Shown here: in pieces, positions 37,667 to 48,834 of the stretch
How the letters are laid out: each line of letters opens with the position of its first letter
How positions within the stretch are numbered: position 1 is the stretch's first letter
Source of the DNA: Tagaea sp.
GTDB lineage: Bacteria > Pseudomonadota > Alphaproteobacteria > CACIAM-22H2
Reading direction: 5' to 3'
Length of the DNA: 64,000 bases
Assembly (NCBI GenBank): GCA_965228135.1
Contig: OZ245798.1
Location: 1,803,037-1,867,036 of the forward strand
The notes under the pieces: model-generated
Databases searched by the model: none
Told to the model about the DNA's origin: nothing
Seen by the model: the letters and a program-made list of their open reading frames with translations, nothing else
Position numbers and translations under genes: made by a program

Positions 37667-37834
37667 GCCGTTATTCTCCGCTCGCCGACGGGGTACCGGC
37701 AAGGCGCGAATGCGCCGCGCCGGCCGATCCCGTCACATGAACATTCTGCATCGTTACCCCGATCTTTCGCAACCGTTTGACGGCCCTACCCCCCGCCCGT
37801 ACAACGATCCCAGGCATACGGGGAGAATCGCGCG

Positions 37835-40675
37835 ATGGATGGGGGCGAACGGGTCGAACTGTCGAGGCCCGTGGGCGACACGGTCAAAGCGACCACCTGC
37901 TATATGTGCGCCTGTCGTTGCGGGATCAAAGTTCATCTCCAAAACGGCCAAATCCGTTACATCGAGGGCAACAAGGATCACCCGGTGAACCGCGGCGTGT
38001 TGTGCGCCAAGGGTTCGGCCGGGATCATGAACCATTACAGCCCCGCAAGGCTGAGGAAGCCCTTAAAGCGCGTCGGCGAACGCGGCACGGGCGATTTCGT
38101 CGAAATCGAGTGGGACGAAGCGCTGGGAATGCTGACCGATCGCCTGGCCCATATCCGTGCCACCGATCCCAAGAAGCTCGCCTTCTTCACCGGCCGCGAC
38201 CAAAGCCAGTCTTTGACCGGCTGGTGGGCCAATCAATTCGGCACCCCCAATTTTGCGGCGCATGGCGGCTTCTGCTCGGTCAACATGGCCGCCGCCGGGC
38301 TTTACACGATCGGCGGTTCGTTCTGGGAGTTCGGCGAGCCCGATTGGGACCATGCCGAGTACTTCCTTATGTTCGGCGTGGCCGAAGATCACGATTCCAA
38401 TCCGATCAAGGCCGGTATCGCCAAGCTGAAGGCGCGCGGCGCCAAGTTCGTGTCGGTCAACCCGATCAAGACCGGCTACCAAGCCGTGGCCGACGAATGG
38501 ATCGGCATCGCCCCCGGCACTGACGGGCTGCTCGTGATGGCGCTGATCCACGAGCTGCTCAAAGCCGACAAGATCGATCTCGATTTTCTGGTGAAATACA
38601 CCAACGCGCCGTGGCTGGTGCGCGCGGATGACGGCTTGTTCGCACGCGACGCGAGCGGCAACCCGCTGTGCTGGGATTCGCGCACGAAAGCGCCGGCGAA
38701 CGCGCTCTCGGTCGATGTGCAGCCCGCCCTGGTCGGCGAATTCACGTTGCCCGACGGCACCAAGGCGACACCTTCGTTCGAGTTGATGGCGCGGCGCTAT
38801 CTGTCGCCCGACTACGCGCCCGAAGCGGTCGAAGCGCAATGCGGCGTTCCCGCCGAAACGATCAAGCGCATCGCCGCCGAGTTGGCGCATGCCGCGTTCG
38901 AGAAGCAAATCACGCTCGACCAGCCTTGGACAGATTGGGCCGGCCGCCGACACGAGAAGACCGTGGGACGGCCGGTGTCGATGCATGCGATGCGCGGCAT
39001 CTCGGCGCATTCGAACGGCTTCCAAACCTGCCGCGCGATCCATGTGCTGCAAATCCTGCTCGGCGCCATCGATGGGCCGGGCGCGTGGCGTTATAAATCG
39101 CCCTTCCCGCGCCCCTGCCCGCCGGGCCCCAAACCCACCGGCAAGCCCGAGCAAGTCGCCCCCAACAAGCCGCTGGGCGGCATGCCGCTCGGCTTCACGC
39201 TGGGGCCGGAAGATCTGCTGCTCGACCATGGCGGCAAGCCGATGCGCATCGACAAGGCGTATTCGTGGGAATCGCCGATCGCGGCCCACGGCCTGATGCA
39301 TATGGTGATCGCCAATGCCTGGGCCGGCGATCCCTACGAGATCGACACGCTGTTCATGTACATGGCGAACATGGCGTGGAACTCGTCGATGAATTCGTCG
39401 GGCACGATGCGCATGCTGACCGACAAGAAGGCGGATGGCAGCTATCGCATACCCTTCATCGTCTATGCCGATGCCTATGCCAGCGAGACGGTCGCCTATG
39501 CCGATCTCGTTTTGCCCGACACGACGTATCTGGAACGTTGGGACTGCATCTCGCTGCTCGACCGGCCGATCGGCTCGCCCGAAGGTCCGGGCGACGCGAT
39601 CCGCCAGCCGGTGGTGAAACCCGATCGCGACGTGCGCCCCTTCCAGGACGTGCTGATCGATTTGGGTGCACGCCTCAAACTGCCGGGCTTCACCGAAGCC
39701 GACGGCAAGGCGAAATTCCCCGGCGGCTACGCCGATTACATCGTCAACCATCAACGCAAGCCCGGCGTGGGGCCGCTTGCGGGCTTCCGGGGTGCGGATG
39801 GCAGCAAGTCGGGCGTGGGCGAGCCCAATCCCGATCAGCTCCAGCGCTATATCGACAATGGTGCTTTCTGGCGCCATCACCTCGAACCCGATCAGCTCTA
39901 TTACAAGCATGCGAATAAGGGCTATCTCGACGCGGCCGTGAAACTGGGCCTCATCGACAAGCCCGATCAGATCGTCATGCAGATCTATTCGGAGCCGTTG
40001 CAGCGCTTCCGCAACGCCGCACGCGGGATCGGGCCTGTGCCCTGCCCGCCCGAGCATCGCGCGCGCATCGAAGCCTATTGCGATCCGCTGCCCTTCTGGT
40101 ACGCGCCCTTCGAAGGCGAGCGCATCGCGAAAGATCAATTCCCGCTGCACGCGATCACGCAGCGCCCGATGCCGATGTATCATTCTTGGGGCTCGCAGAA
40201 CGCGTGGCTGCGCCAGATCATCAGCGAGAACCGGTTGTACGTGCATCGCGAAACGGCGAAGGCGCACGGTCTCGCCGACGACGATTGGGTATGGATCGTG
40301 TCGCATCACGGCCGCGTGAAAGGGCAGATCAAGACGATGGAGGGCGTGAACCCGCTCACCGTCTGGACCTGGAACGCGATCGGCAAGCGCAAGGGGGCGT
40401 GGAACCTTTCCGAAGATTCGCGCGAGGCGAACCGGGGCTTCCTGCTCAACCACGCGATCTCGGAACTTCTGCCGGCCAAGGACGGCGAAGGCCGCGTGTC
40501 GAATTCCGATCCGATCACCGGCCAAGCCGCCTGGTTCGATCTGCGCGTGCGGCTCGAGAAAGCCGATCCGGTCGAGGCGGGCGTTACGTCGCCCTTGCAT
40601 CCCGCGCTGGGATTGCCGCCCAACATGCCCGCCCGCCCCGACATTTTGCGCTACGGCAAGGAATTCCGCCGATGA
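37835..40675 (+). CDS. molybdopterin-dependent oxidoreductase catalytic subunit (DMSO reductase family), no Tat signal; SoeA-like
   Basis: N-terminal 4Fe-4S Cys cluster CYMCACRCG...C and a 946-aa molybdopterin-binding fold. There is no twin-arginine leader, so it is predicted to face the cytoplasm. Confidence 0.8.
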   Translation: MDGGERVELSRPVGDTVKATTCYMCACRCGIKVHLQNGQIRYIEGNKDHPVNRGVLCAKGSAGIMNHYSPARLRKPLKRVGERGTGDFVEIEWDEALGMLTDRLAHIRATDPKKLAFFTGRDQSQSLTGWWANQFGTPNFAAHGGFCSVNMAAAGLYTIGGSFWEFGEPDWDHAEYFLMFGVAEDHDSNPIKAGIAKLKARGAKFVSVNPIKTGYQAVADEWIGIAPGTDGLLVMALIHELLKADKIDLDFLVKYTNAPWLVRADDGLFARDASGNPLCWDSRTKAPANALSVDVQPALVGEFTLPDGTKATPSFELMARRYLSPDYAPEAVEAQCGVPAETIKRIAAELAHAAFEKQITLDQPWTDWAGRRHEKTVGRPVSMHAMRGISAHSNGFQTCRAIHVLQILLGAIDGPGAWRYKSPFPRPCPPGPKPTGKPEQVAPNKPLGGMPLGFTLGPEDLLLDHGGKPMRIDKAYSWESPIAAHGLMHMVIANAWAGDPYEIDTLFMYMANMAWNSSMNSSGTMRMLTDKKADGSYRIPFIVYADAYASETVAYADLVLPDTTYLERWDCISLLDRPIGSPEGPGDAIRQPVVKPDRDVRPFQDVLIDLGARLKLPGFTEADGKAKFPGGYADYIVNHQRKPGVGPLAGFRGADGSKSGVGEPNPDQLQRYIDNGAFWRHHLEPDQLYYKHANKGYLDAAVKLGLIDKPDQIVMQIYSEPLQRFRNAARGIGPVPCPPEHRARIEAYCDPLPFWYAPFEGERIAKDQFPLHAITQRPMPMYHSWGSQNAWLRQIISENRLYVHRETAKAHGLADDDWVWIVSHHGRVKGQIKTMEGVNPLTVWTWNAIGKRKGAWNLSEDSREANRGFLLNHAISELLPAKDGEGRVSNSDPITGQAAWFDLRVRLEKADPVEAGVTSPLHPALGLPPNMPARPDILRYGKEFRR

Positions 40676-41403
40676 CGGCTTATACGCAAAGCTCGAAGCG
40701 CTTAGGCTTGGTCATCGACCTCGATACCTGCGTGGGCTGTCATGCCTGCGCGGTGAACTGCAAGGAATGGAACACCGGCGGCCATTCGGCCCCGTTGCCC
40801 GATCGCGAGCCTTACGGCGCCGATCCGGCGGGCGTGTGGTTCAACCGCATCCACACGTTCGAAGCGGGCGAAGGCTCGACCAGCCGCACCGTCCATTTCC
40901 CGAAATCCTGCCTGCATTGCGCCGAGCCGTTGTGCGTCACCGTCTGCCCGACGGGCGCTTCGTACAAGCGCACCGAAGACGGCATCGTGCTGGTCAACGC
41001 CGATTCCTGCATCGGCTGCAAGCTGTGCTCCTGGGCCTGCCCCTATGGCGCGCGCGAGTTCGACGACGACGACGGCGTGATGAAGAAATGCACGTTGTGC
41101 GTCGACAAGATCTATAACGAGACCTTGCCCGAGGCCGAGCGCGTGCCGGCTTGCGTTTCGACCTGCCCCGCTTCGGCGCGGCATTTCGGCGATCTGGGCG
41201 ATCCGGACTCGGCCGTGTCTCAGCTTGTCGCTGAGCGGGGTGGATACGCGCTGATGCCCGAAATGGGCTACGCGCCGACCAATCGCTATCTGCCGCCGCG
41301 CGGCGCGAAGACCGCGAAAACCTGCGCGTCCCTCGAAACCAAGGTCGATCCCAACGCGCTGCATCCCGTGCTGCGCTGGGTCGACAAATTCCTGTCGCGT
41401 TGA
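40672..41403 (+). CDS. 4Fe-4S ferredoxin-type electron-transfer subunit; SoeB-like
   Basis: Four Cys clusters (CVGCHACAVNC, CLHCAEPLCVTVCP, CIGCKLCSWACP, CTLC...C..C). Translationally coupled to the catalytic subunit (ATGA). Confidence 0.8.
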   Translation: MTAYTQSSKRLGLVIDLDTCVGCHACAVNCKEWNTGGHSAPLPDREPYGADPAGVWFNRIHTFEAGEGSTSRTVHFPKSCLHCAEPLCVTVCPTGASYKRTEDGIVLVNADSCIGCKLCSWACPYGAREFDDDDGVMKKCTLCVDKIYNETLPEAERVPACVSTCPASARHFGDLGDPDSAVSQLVAERGGYALMPEMGYAPTNRYLPPRGAKTAKTCASLETKVDPNALHPVLRWVDKFLSR

Positions 41404-41410
41404 ACAATCC

Positions 41411-42358
41411 ATGCATCCCGCCCTTTCCGTTATCGTTTTCACGACCGCCTCGGGTGCCGGCTACGGCCTGCTGGCGCTGATCGGTTTGTTCAACGCGCTG
41501 GGCTTGATCCCGGCCGCGTCGTGGTTCGGCTTTTGGGCGCTGGGCCTGGCGCTGATCCTGATCGCGGGCGGTCTGCTGACCTCGACCGCGCATCTGGGCC
41601 ATCCGGAACGCGCGTGGCGCGCGGTCACACAAGTGCGTACATCGTGGCTCAGCCGCGAAGGTGTGGCATCGCTGCTGACCTTCCTGCCCTTCGGCGCGTT
41701 CGGGATCGGCTGGGTGTTCTTCGCCAAGACCGAAGGTGTGTGGGCGCTATCGGGCCTGATCGCGGCGTTGGGATCGGCGATCACCGTGTTCACCACGGCG
41801 ATGATCTACCGCTCGCTGAAGCCGATCCACCAATGGCACAACACGCACACCGTGCCGGTCTATCTGGCGCTGGCGCTGGCGACCGGCGCCGTGCTGCTCA
41901 ACGCCCTCACGCTGCTGTGGGGTCATCCGCAGAAAGCCGTCGGCGTCGTCGCGCTGATCGCGTTGCTGCTGGGCTATGGGGCCAAGCGCCGCTATTGGCA
42001 TTTCATCGACACAACGAAATCGGCCTCGACGCCCGAAAGCGCCACCGGCTTGGGCGCGCGCGGCAAGGTGCGCTTGTTCGAGGCCCCACATCAGGCCGAT
42101 AATTATCTGATGCGCGAAATGGGCTTCCAAGTCGCGCGCAAGCACGCGGCGAAATTGCGCAACATCGCGGTGCAGACGCTGTTCGTCGGCCCGCTGATCC
42201 TAACGCTGTTGGCTTTGGTGCTGCCCGGCCCCGCCGCCGCCTTCGCCGCCGTGTTGGCGGCGGCGAGCGCGACATTGGGGGTCGGCGTCGAGCGCTGGCT
42301 GTTCTTCGCCCAAGCCAAGCACAGCGTGACGCTCTATTACGGCGCCACCGAAGTTTAG
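41411..42358 (+). CDS. DmsC-family membrane anchor subunit; SoeC-like
   Basis: 8-TM hydrophobic protein of DmsC/NrfD-like length directly downstream. Confidence 0.7.
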   Translation: MHPALSVIVFTTASGAGYGLLALIGLFNALGLIPAASWFGFWALGLALILIAGGLLTSTAHLGHPERAWRAVTQVRTSWLSREGVASLLTFLPFGAFGIGWVFFAKTEGVWALSGLIAALGSAITVFTTAMIYRSLKPIHQWHNTHTVPVYLALALATGAVLLNALTLLWGHPQKAVGVVALIALLLGYGAKRRYWHFIDTTKSASTPESATGLGARGKVRLFEAPHQADNYLMREMGFQVARKHAAKLRNIAVQTLFVGPLILTLLALVLPGPAAAFAAVLAAASATLGVGVERWLFFAQAKHSVTLYYGATEV

Positions 42359-43089
42359 CGGCGCTTCTTCTTTTTCTGCTCGGCGGCGAAGGCCGCACTC
42401 ATTTCCGCTTCCGGCGGATAGAGGCCGAAGATCGACTGGCCCTTCATCACGCGCTTCTCGACGAAGTTCTCGAACTCCGTCATGCGCGTCGCTTCCTCGG
42501 CGATTTCGTCGGCGAGATGTGCTGGGATCACCGCCACCGCTTCGCCGTCGCCCACGATCACGTCGCGCGGATAAACGGCCACATCGCCGCAACCGATCGG
42601 GTTGTCGATGTCGAGCGCGTGATGGCGCGTCAAGTTCGTCGGCGAGGACGGACGATTGGCATAGGCCGGGAAGCCCAATTCGACGATCGCCGGCGTATCG
42701 CGGAAGCCGCCGTCGGTAACGACACCGGCGACGCCGCGCTTCATCAGGCGCGTGACCAGAATATTACCGGCCGATGCGGCCAGCGGATCCTTGCGCGAGT
42801 CGATCACGAACACGCAGCCCGGCGGGCATTGTTCGACCGCGACGCGCTGGGGATGCTTGCGCCCCGCGAAGCCGGAGATCACGTCGAGATCTTCGCGCGC
42901 GGGGATGTAGCGCAGCGTGAACGCCTCGCCCACCATGTTGGCGCGGCGCTTGCCCACGGGCGCGACCGGGAACACGCCCTGCATCACGACGTTACGGAAG
43001 CCCTTCTTCATCAGGGCGGTCGACAGGGTCGCAACGCTGACCTTCGACAGGGCGGCGCGCGTTTTCGCGGAAAGCGGTTTGTTGGCCAT
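42355..43089 (-). CDS. RraA-family protein (RNase E regulator / 4-hydroxy-4-methyl-2-oxoglutarate aldolase-like)
   Basis: GDVAVYPRDVIVGDGEAV...GVVTDGGFRD. Confidence 0.7.
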   Translation of the reverse strand: MANKPLSAKTRAALSKVSVATLSTALMKKGFRNVVMQGVFPVAPVGKRRANMVGEAFTLRYIPAREDLDVISGFAGRKHPQRVAVEQCPPGCVFVIDSRKDPLAASAGNILVTRLMKRGVAGVVTDGGFRDTPAIVELGFPAYANRPSSPTNLTRHHALDIDNPIGCGDVAVYPRDVIVGDGEAVAVIPAHLADEIAEEATRMTEFENFVEKRVMKGQSIFGLYPPEAEMSAAFAAEQKKKKRR

Positions 43090-43225
43090 GTTCCTCACGC
43101 TACCGCCGCAACAGCGCGGCGGCGTTTTTGATGTTGTGCGTCAGTCAGTAGCATAAGGCCGCGCAAACGACTAGCGCGGGCAATCTTTTCGCACTGGAAA
43201 CAGTGCAACCGTTTGTCTTGGGTCG

Positions 43226-44722
43226 TTACGGCGCGTCCCGCATCCGGCGATGCACGGGGCAAGGTGCCGATCCATGCGCGAGGCAGAACGTGCCGACGAA
43301 TTTCGACATCTCGGCGGCGGCACTCGCCGCCCCCGCGTTGACGGCATCGAGGCGTGCGGCGGCCGCCTCCGCCTTGCGGCGCAACGACGCCTCGTCGATC
43401 GTCAGCAACTTGCCGTCCGCCAGCACAATGCGGCCCGCGATCATCACCTTGTCGATCGACGCGCCGGACTCGCCGAAAACGGTCTGCGTCATCGGGTTCC
43501 GGAACGGCACGAAATTCGGCGCGTCGAGGCGCAGGAACACGATATCGGCGGCGTAGCCGGCGGCGAGTTTGCCGATCTTGTCGAAGCCCAGCAGTGCCGC
43601 CGAGCCTTCAGTCGCCAACGCAAAGGCTTCGTCGGCCGACAGCCAGCGTTCGAAATCGGGCCCGCGCAGCCGCGACAGGAACGAGGCAAGCCGCGTCGCC
43701 TCGAACATATTCTGCCCGTCCGACGTATTCGTCGCATCGGTGCCGATGCCGACGCGCAAACCCGCGTCGAGCATTTCGCGCGCGGCGGCCACACCCGAAC
43801 CCAAGCGCAGATTGCTGGGCGGGTTATGCGCAACGGATGCGCCCTTGGCGGCGAGGCGCTTGATGTCGTCCGGCTCCAGCCAAATGCCGTGCGCGCCGCT
43901 GAACTCCGGCCCGAGCACGCCGAGCTTGTCGAGATGCTCGACCATCGTGCAGCCGTAACGCGCGCGCGCGGCGATGGCTTGGGGCTTGGACTCGCAAAGA
44001 TGGGTTTGAAAGCGCAAACCGGTCTCGCGCGCGAGGCGCGAAGAAGCGATCAGGAATTCGTCGCTGGCATGCAACGGAATGGTCGGCGCCACGCCGGGGC
44101 GCACCATCGTCCGGTCATGCGGCCATGTCTCGATCGTTTTGCGCAACGTCGCGAGGCTGACCTCGAAACCCTGCATCGCCATCGCGGCGGCTTTGGATTT
44201 ATGCGGCTCCGGGATCGCGTCGAGCAACGCCGGGAAGGCTTGGAACAGCGTGCGATCGGCGAGCATCGGGGCGACGACCGCGCGCATGCCCGCATCGGCA
44301 TAGGCTTGCCCCACCGCGTGCGCGCCTTCGACCGACGGCGTGGGAATCTCGACGAACAGATCGAACGCCGCCGTGCAGCCGCGCCGGATCGATTCCACCG
44401 CCGACAAGGCGGCCGAGATGTATTTGTCCTCCAGCGTGCGCGATCCGTTGATCGCCCCGTTGCCGTTGAGGAACAATTCCAGCGGCACACGGTCGGCGAC
44501 CGCCCCGCGCCCCAACCCGCCATGGGCATGGGTGTGCGAATTGATTAGGCCGGGGATCAGCAGCCGGTCGGACGCGTCCAGCGTTTCGGCTGCGGGCGCA
44601 TCGATCTTGCCGATTTCGGCGATAGCCCCATCGACGACCAGAATGTCGGCGTGCGGCGCTTGTCCGGTTTTGGAATCGAGAACGCGCCCGCCGGTGATTT
44701 TCAGCGGGCGCGTTCCGGTCAT
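43226..44722 (-). CDS. amidohydrolase-family deaminase (guanine/cytosine/8-oxoguanine deaminase-like)
   Basis: LIPGLINSHTHAHG metal motif, HLCES, GIGTDATNTSD. Confidence 0.75.
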   Translation of the reverse strand: MTGTRPLKITGGRVLDSKTGQAPHADILVVDGAIAEIGKIDAPAAETLDASDRLLIPGLINSHTHAHGGLGRGAVADRVPLELFLNGNGAINGSRTLEDKYISAALSAVESIRRGCTAAFDLFVEIPTPSVEGAHAVGQAYADAGMRAVVAPMLADRTLFQAFPALLDAIPEPHKSKAAAMAMQGFEVSLATLRKTIETWPHDRTMVRPGVAPTIPLHASDEFLIASSRLARETGLRFQTHLCESKPQAIAARARYGCTMVEHLDKLGVLGPEFSGAHGIWLEPDDIKRLAAKGASVAHNPPSNLRLGSGVAAAREMLDAGLRVGIGTDATNTSDGQNMFEATRLASFLSRLRGPDFERWLSADEAFALATEGSAALLGFDKIGKLAAGYAADIVFLRLDAPNFVPFRNPMTQTVFGESGASIDKVMIAGRIVLADGKLLTIDEASLRRKAEAAAARLDAVNAGAASAAAEMSKFVGTFCLAHGSAPCPVHRRMRDAP

Positions 44723-44732
44723 GGGCTTGTCC

Positions 44733-45767
44733 TCAGTTCGTGAGATAGACCAACTCGCGCTCGGCGCGCGGCGGCAGGAAGGAGCGGTTGAAAATCTCCG
44801 ACGGCACCGGCGTGCGGGTCAAGCCATAACCCTGCACGACCATGTCGATCGAGCGCGCCAACCGGTCGTCCTTCACGTCGCCCGCCCCGATCTCCTTCGC
44901 TTCGGCCGAGATCATCAGCTTTTCATAGGCGAAGCGCAGGCGGCGCTGCTCGACCGGAATATCGACCAGCTGGTCGAACTTCTTCACGGACTCCATGGCG
45001 CCGCCGATATCCTTGCCGACGTCGATCGTGGCTTGGCTGACGGCGCGCACGAGGCCCTGCACCGCGCGGGGATTTTCCTTCAGCAGCTTCTGCGAGACCA
45101 TCAACCCGTTCGAGTAGAGGTCCATACCGAAATCGCCGAACGAGAACCACGTATAGTCCTTGTCCGGATCTTGGCCGAGACCGACCAAGTTGAAGTAGCT
45201 GGTGATGTTGAACACCATCGCCGCATCCATATGACCCTGGATCAGCATCGGCTCCTGCAGATTGGGCGCCATGGTGGTGAACTTGATCTTGGCGAGGTCG
45301 AGATTGTTGACCTTGGCGAAGACCGGCATCAGCCGCGTGGTCGGCGTGCCTTGCGCACCGCCCAGCGTCTTGCCTTCGAAATCCTTGATCGTCTTGATGC
45401 CGCTGGCGTTGCGCGCCACCACGGCGAAGGGCGGCTGCGTCCACATCTGGAACACCATCACCGGCGCCATGCCGGGCGAGGCCGACGCGTTCTGAATGAT
45501 CGCGTTGATGTCGCCGAAGCCCGCATCATAGGCCCCGCCCATGATGCGCGTGATCGTGGCGCCCGAGCCTTCGCCCTGGTCGATGACCACGTTCAAGCCT
45601 TCGCGCGCGAAATAGCCCTTGTCGCGCGCCACGAAGAACGCGGCGTCCGAACCCTGGGTTTTCCAGCCCAGGGTGAAGCGGATCGTGGTCGGTTGCTGGG
45701 CAAGTGCGCTGCCCGCCGCCAAGGCAAAAGCGCCGGCGAAGGCCAGGGTTTTGAGCAGATTCCGCAT
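44733..45767 (-). CDS. ABC transporter substrate-binding protein, NMT1/THI5-like (SsuA/TauA/HMP family)
   Basis: Signal peptide MRNLLKTLAFAGAFALAAGSALA plus a periplasmic binding fold. Confidence 0.7.
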   Translation of the reverse strand: MRNLLKTLAFAGAFALAAGSALAQQPTTIRFTLGWKTQGSDAAFFVARDKGYFAREGLNVVIDQGEGSGATITRIMGGAYDAGFGDINAIIQNASASPGMAPVMVFQMWTQPPFAVVARNASGIKTIKDFEGKTLGGAQGTPTTRLMPVFAKVNNLDLAKIKFTTMAPNLQEPMLIQGHMDAAMVFNITSYFNLVGLGQDPDKDYTWFSFGDFGMDLYSNGLMVSQKLLKENPRAVQGLVRAVSQATIDVGKDIGGAMESVKKFDQLVDIPVEQRRLRFAYEKLMISAEAKEIGAGDVKDDRLARSIDMVVQGYGLTRTPVPSEIFNRSFLPPRAERELVYLTN

Positions 45768-46049
45768 CGGGGGGCTCCTGTGAAAGGTGAAACCAATGCG
45801 AATTCAGCAGTTTCTATGCCAGGAAACGGCCGCTTGACCGGCGGCCCACGCCTGGGTTACGCATGGATTATGGAATTCCGACTTACGGCGCTTCGACTTA
45901 TTTGATCCCGCCCCGTCCGGCCAGGACGGGCGCCAAGCGGGTCTTTCGCCGTTTCGTCTCGTCACCACCGGAAATTCCATCGTCCCATGATCCCCGACCG
46001 TTCTCAGCTAGCCCCCGTGGCTTTGGCATTGGCGCGACTTACGCGCTGA

Positions 46050-47768
<1,719 letters not shown>

Positions 47769-47796
47769 GACGCGGACACTTCACGGCAACGCAAAC

Positions 47797-47835
47797 CCCG
47801 GTGCGGGCATTTCCCGCATCGGGGTTTTCTTTTTG
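47797..47835 (+). terminator. rho-independent terminator after leuA
   Basis: CCCCGGTGCGGG-cattt-CCCGCATCGGGG followed by TTTTCTTTTT. Confidence 0.65.
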
Positions 47836-47883
47836 CGGGTGCCGGATTGACCAAGTTGCATTTCCTGCGCGAAACTCGCGCGT

Positions 47884-48828
47884 ATGAAAAAAGCCTGGTT
47901 CGCCCTTGCCGCTTTGGCCGGTATCGCCGTCGCAGGCGTCATCGTCGATCGGCTACCGCAGCCATCCTTCGACAAACCGCTTTATGTAGCGATCGAACCT
48001 CCGTCTTCGGCCGAAGCTTGCGCCGAATGGCATGCGCGCGCCATGCGCCGCGCCATGCATTGGCGAGCCTCGCTCGAAGCCTTTGAAGGCTTTTCCCGAT
48101 ATCAGGGCGCCTGCCACCCCAAGGACCAAGCCACAGGCCGGATGATGATCGAATCCGCCATCGCCAAGGGCGCGGGTGAAACGCTGTTTATCGAGTATTT
48201 CTTGGCGCTCGCCACGCATGGCGACAGTGACCGCGCCGACCGCGAGTTTCCGATCGTCGCCGAAATTCTGGTGACCTATCCCGGCAACCATCGGAAGCTG
48301 ATCGCCGATTGGGAAAGGATGCTGCCTTTCGTCCTGCAGGAACGCGCCCAGTTCCGCAATCTCGACCAATGGGCGCCGATCGTCGAACGGATCGAGTATG
48401 TCCTATCTCGCCCCACAATCGCGGCGCGCCCCGAACGCGCCTATCTCGACCTGCTGCTGTTTCAGCTTATCAAGGTCGATAACATCGCCGGGAATCTGAT
48501 GATGGACAAGGTCGGCCGGCTGGGGCGCGTCGACCTGCCGAAAGGCTGGCATCGCGACATGTATCTAAATGCCGCAGCTAATTGCGGCAATGCGGAGGCG
48601 ATACTCCGCCGCGCCCAACTCTACATCGCCGGGGAGCTCTCGCAACCAAGTGCGGAAGGGATCGCAACGTCATTGATCTGGCTCGAAGAACAAGAAGGTA
48701 AGCAAAACGATCTATTGGCGAAGGTCACCGAAATGGGGAAGTTCCGCCCCTTCGACGATGATCGCTGGCGCGCCGTCGAAAGCTACGAATACGTCAAAGC
48801 CAGAAACTGCGACACTCGCACAAATTAA
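47884..48828 (+). CDS. hypothetical secreted protein (possibly Sel1/TPR-like helical repeats) in a low-GC islet
   Basis: Signal peptide MKKAWFALAALAGIAVAGVIV; GC content drops to about 55%. Confidence 0.5.
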   Translation: MKKAWFALAALAGIAVAGVIVDRLPQPSFDKPLYVAIEPPSSAEACAEWHARAMRRAMHWRASLEAFEGFSRYQGACHPKDQATGRMMIESAIAKGAGETLFIEYFLALATHGDSDRADREFPIVAEILVTYPGNHRKLIADWERMLPFVLQERAQFRNLDQWAPIVERIEYVLSRPTIAARPERAYLDLLLFQLIKVDNIAGNLMMDKVGRLGRVDLPKGWHRDMYLNAAANCGNAEAILRRAQLYIAGELSQPSAEGIATSLIWLEEQEGKQNDLLAKVTEMGKFRPFDDDRWRAVESYEYVKARNCDTRTN

Positions 48829-48834
48829 CGTTTT

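Noticed and set aside
38063-40600. 845-aa minus-strand ORF antisense to the molybdoenzyme catalytic subunit
   Set aside because: It is the longest antisense ORF in the window but has no motifs. The plus strand carries the Cys cluster and molybdopterin fold.
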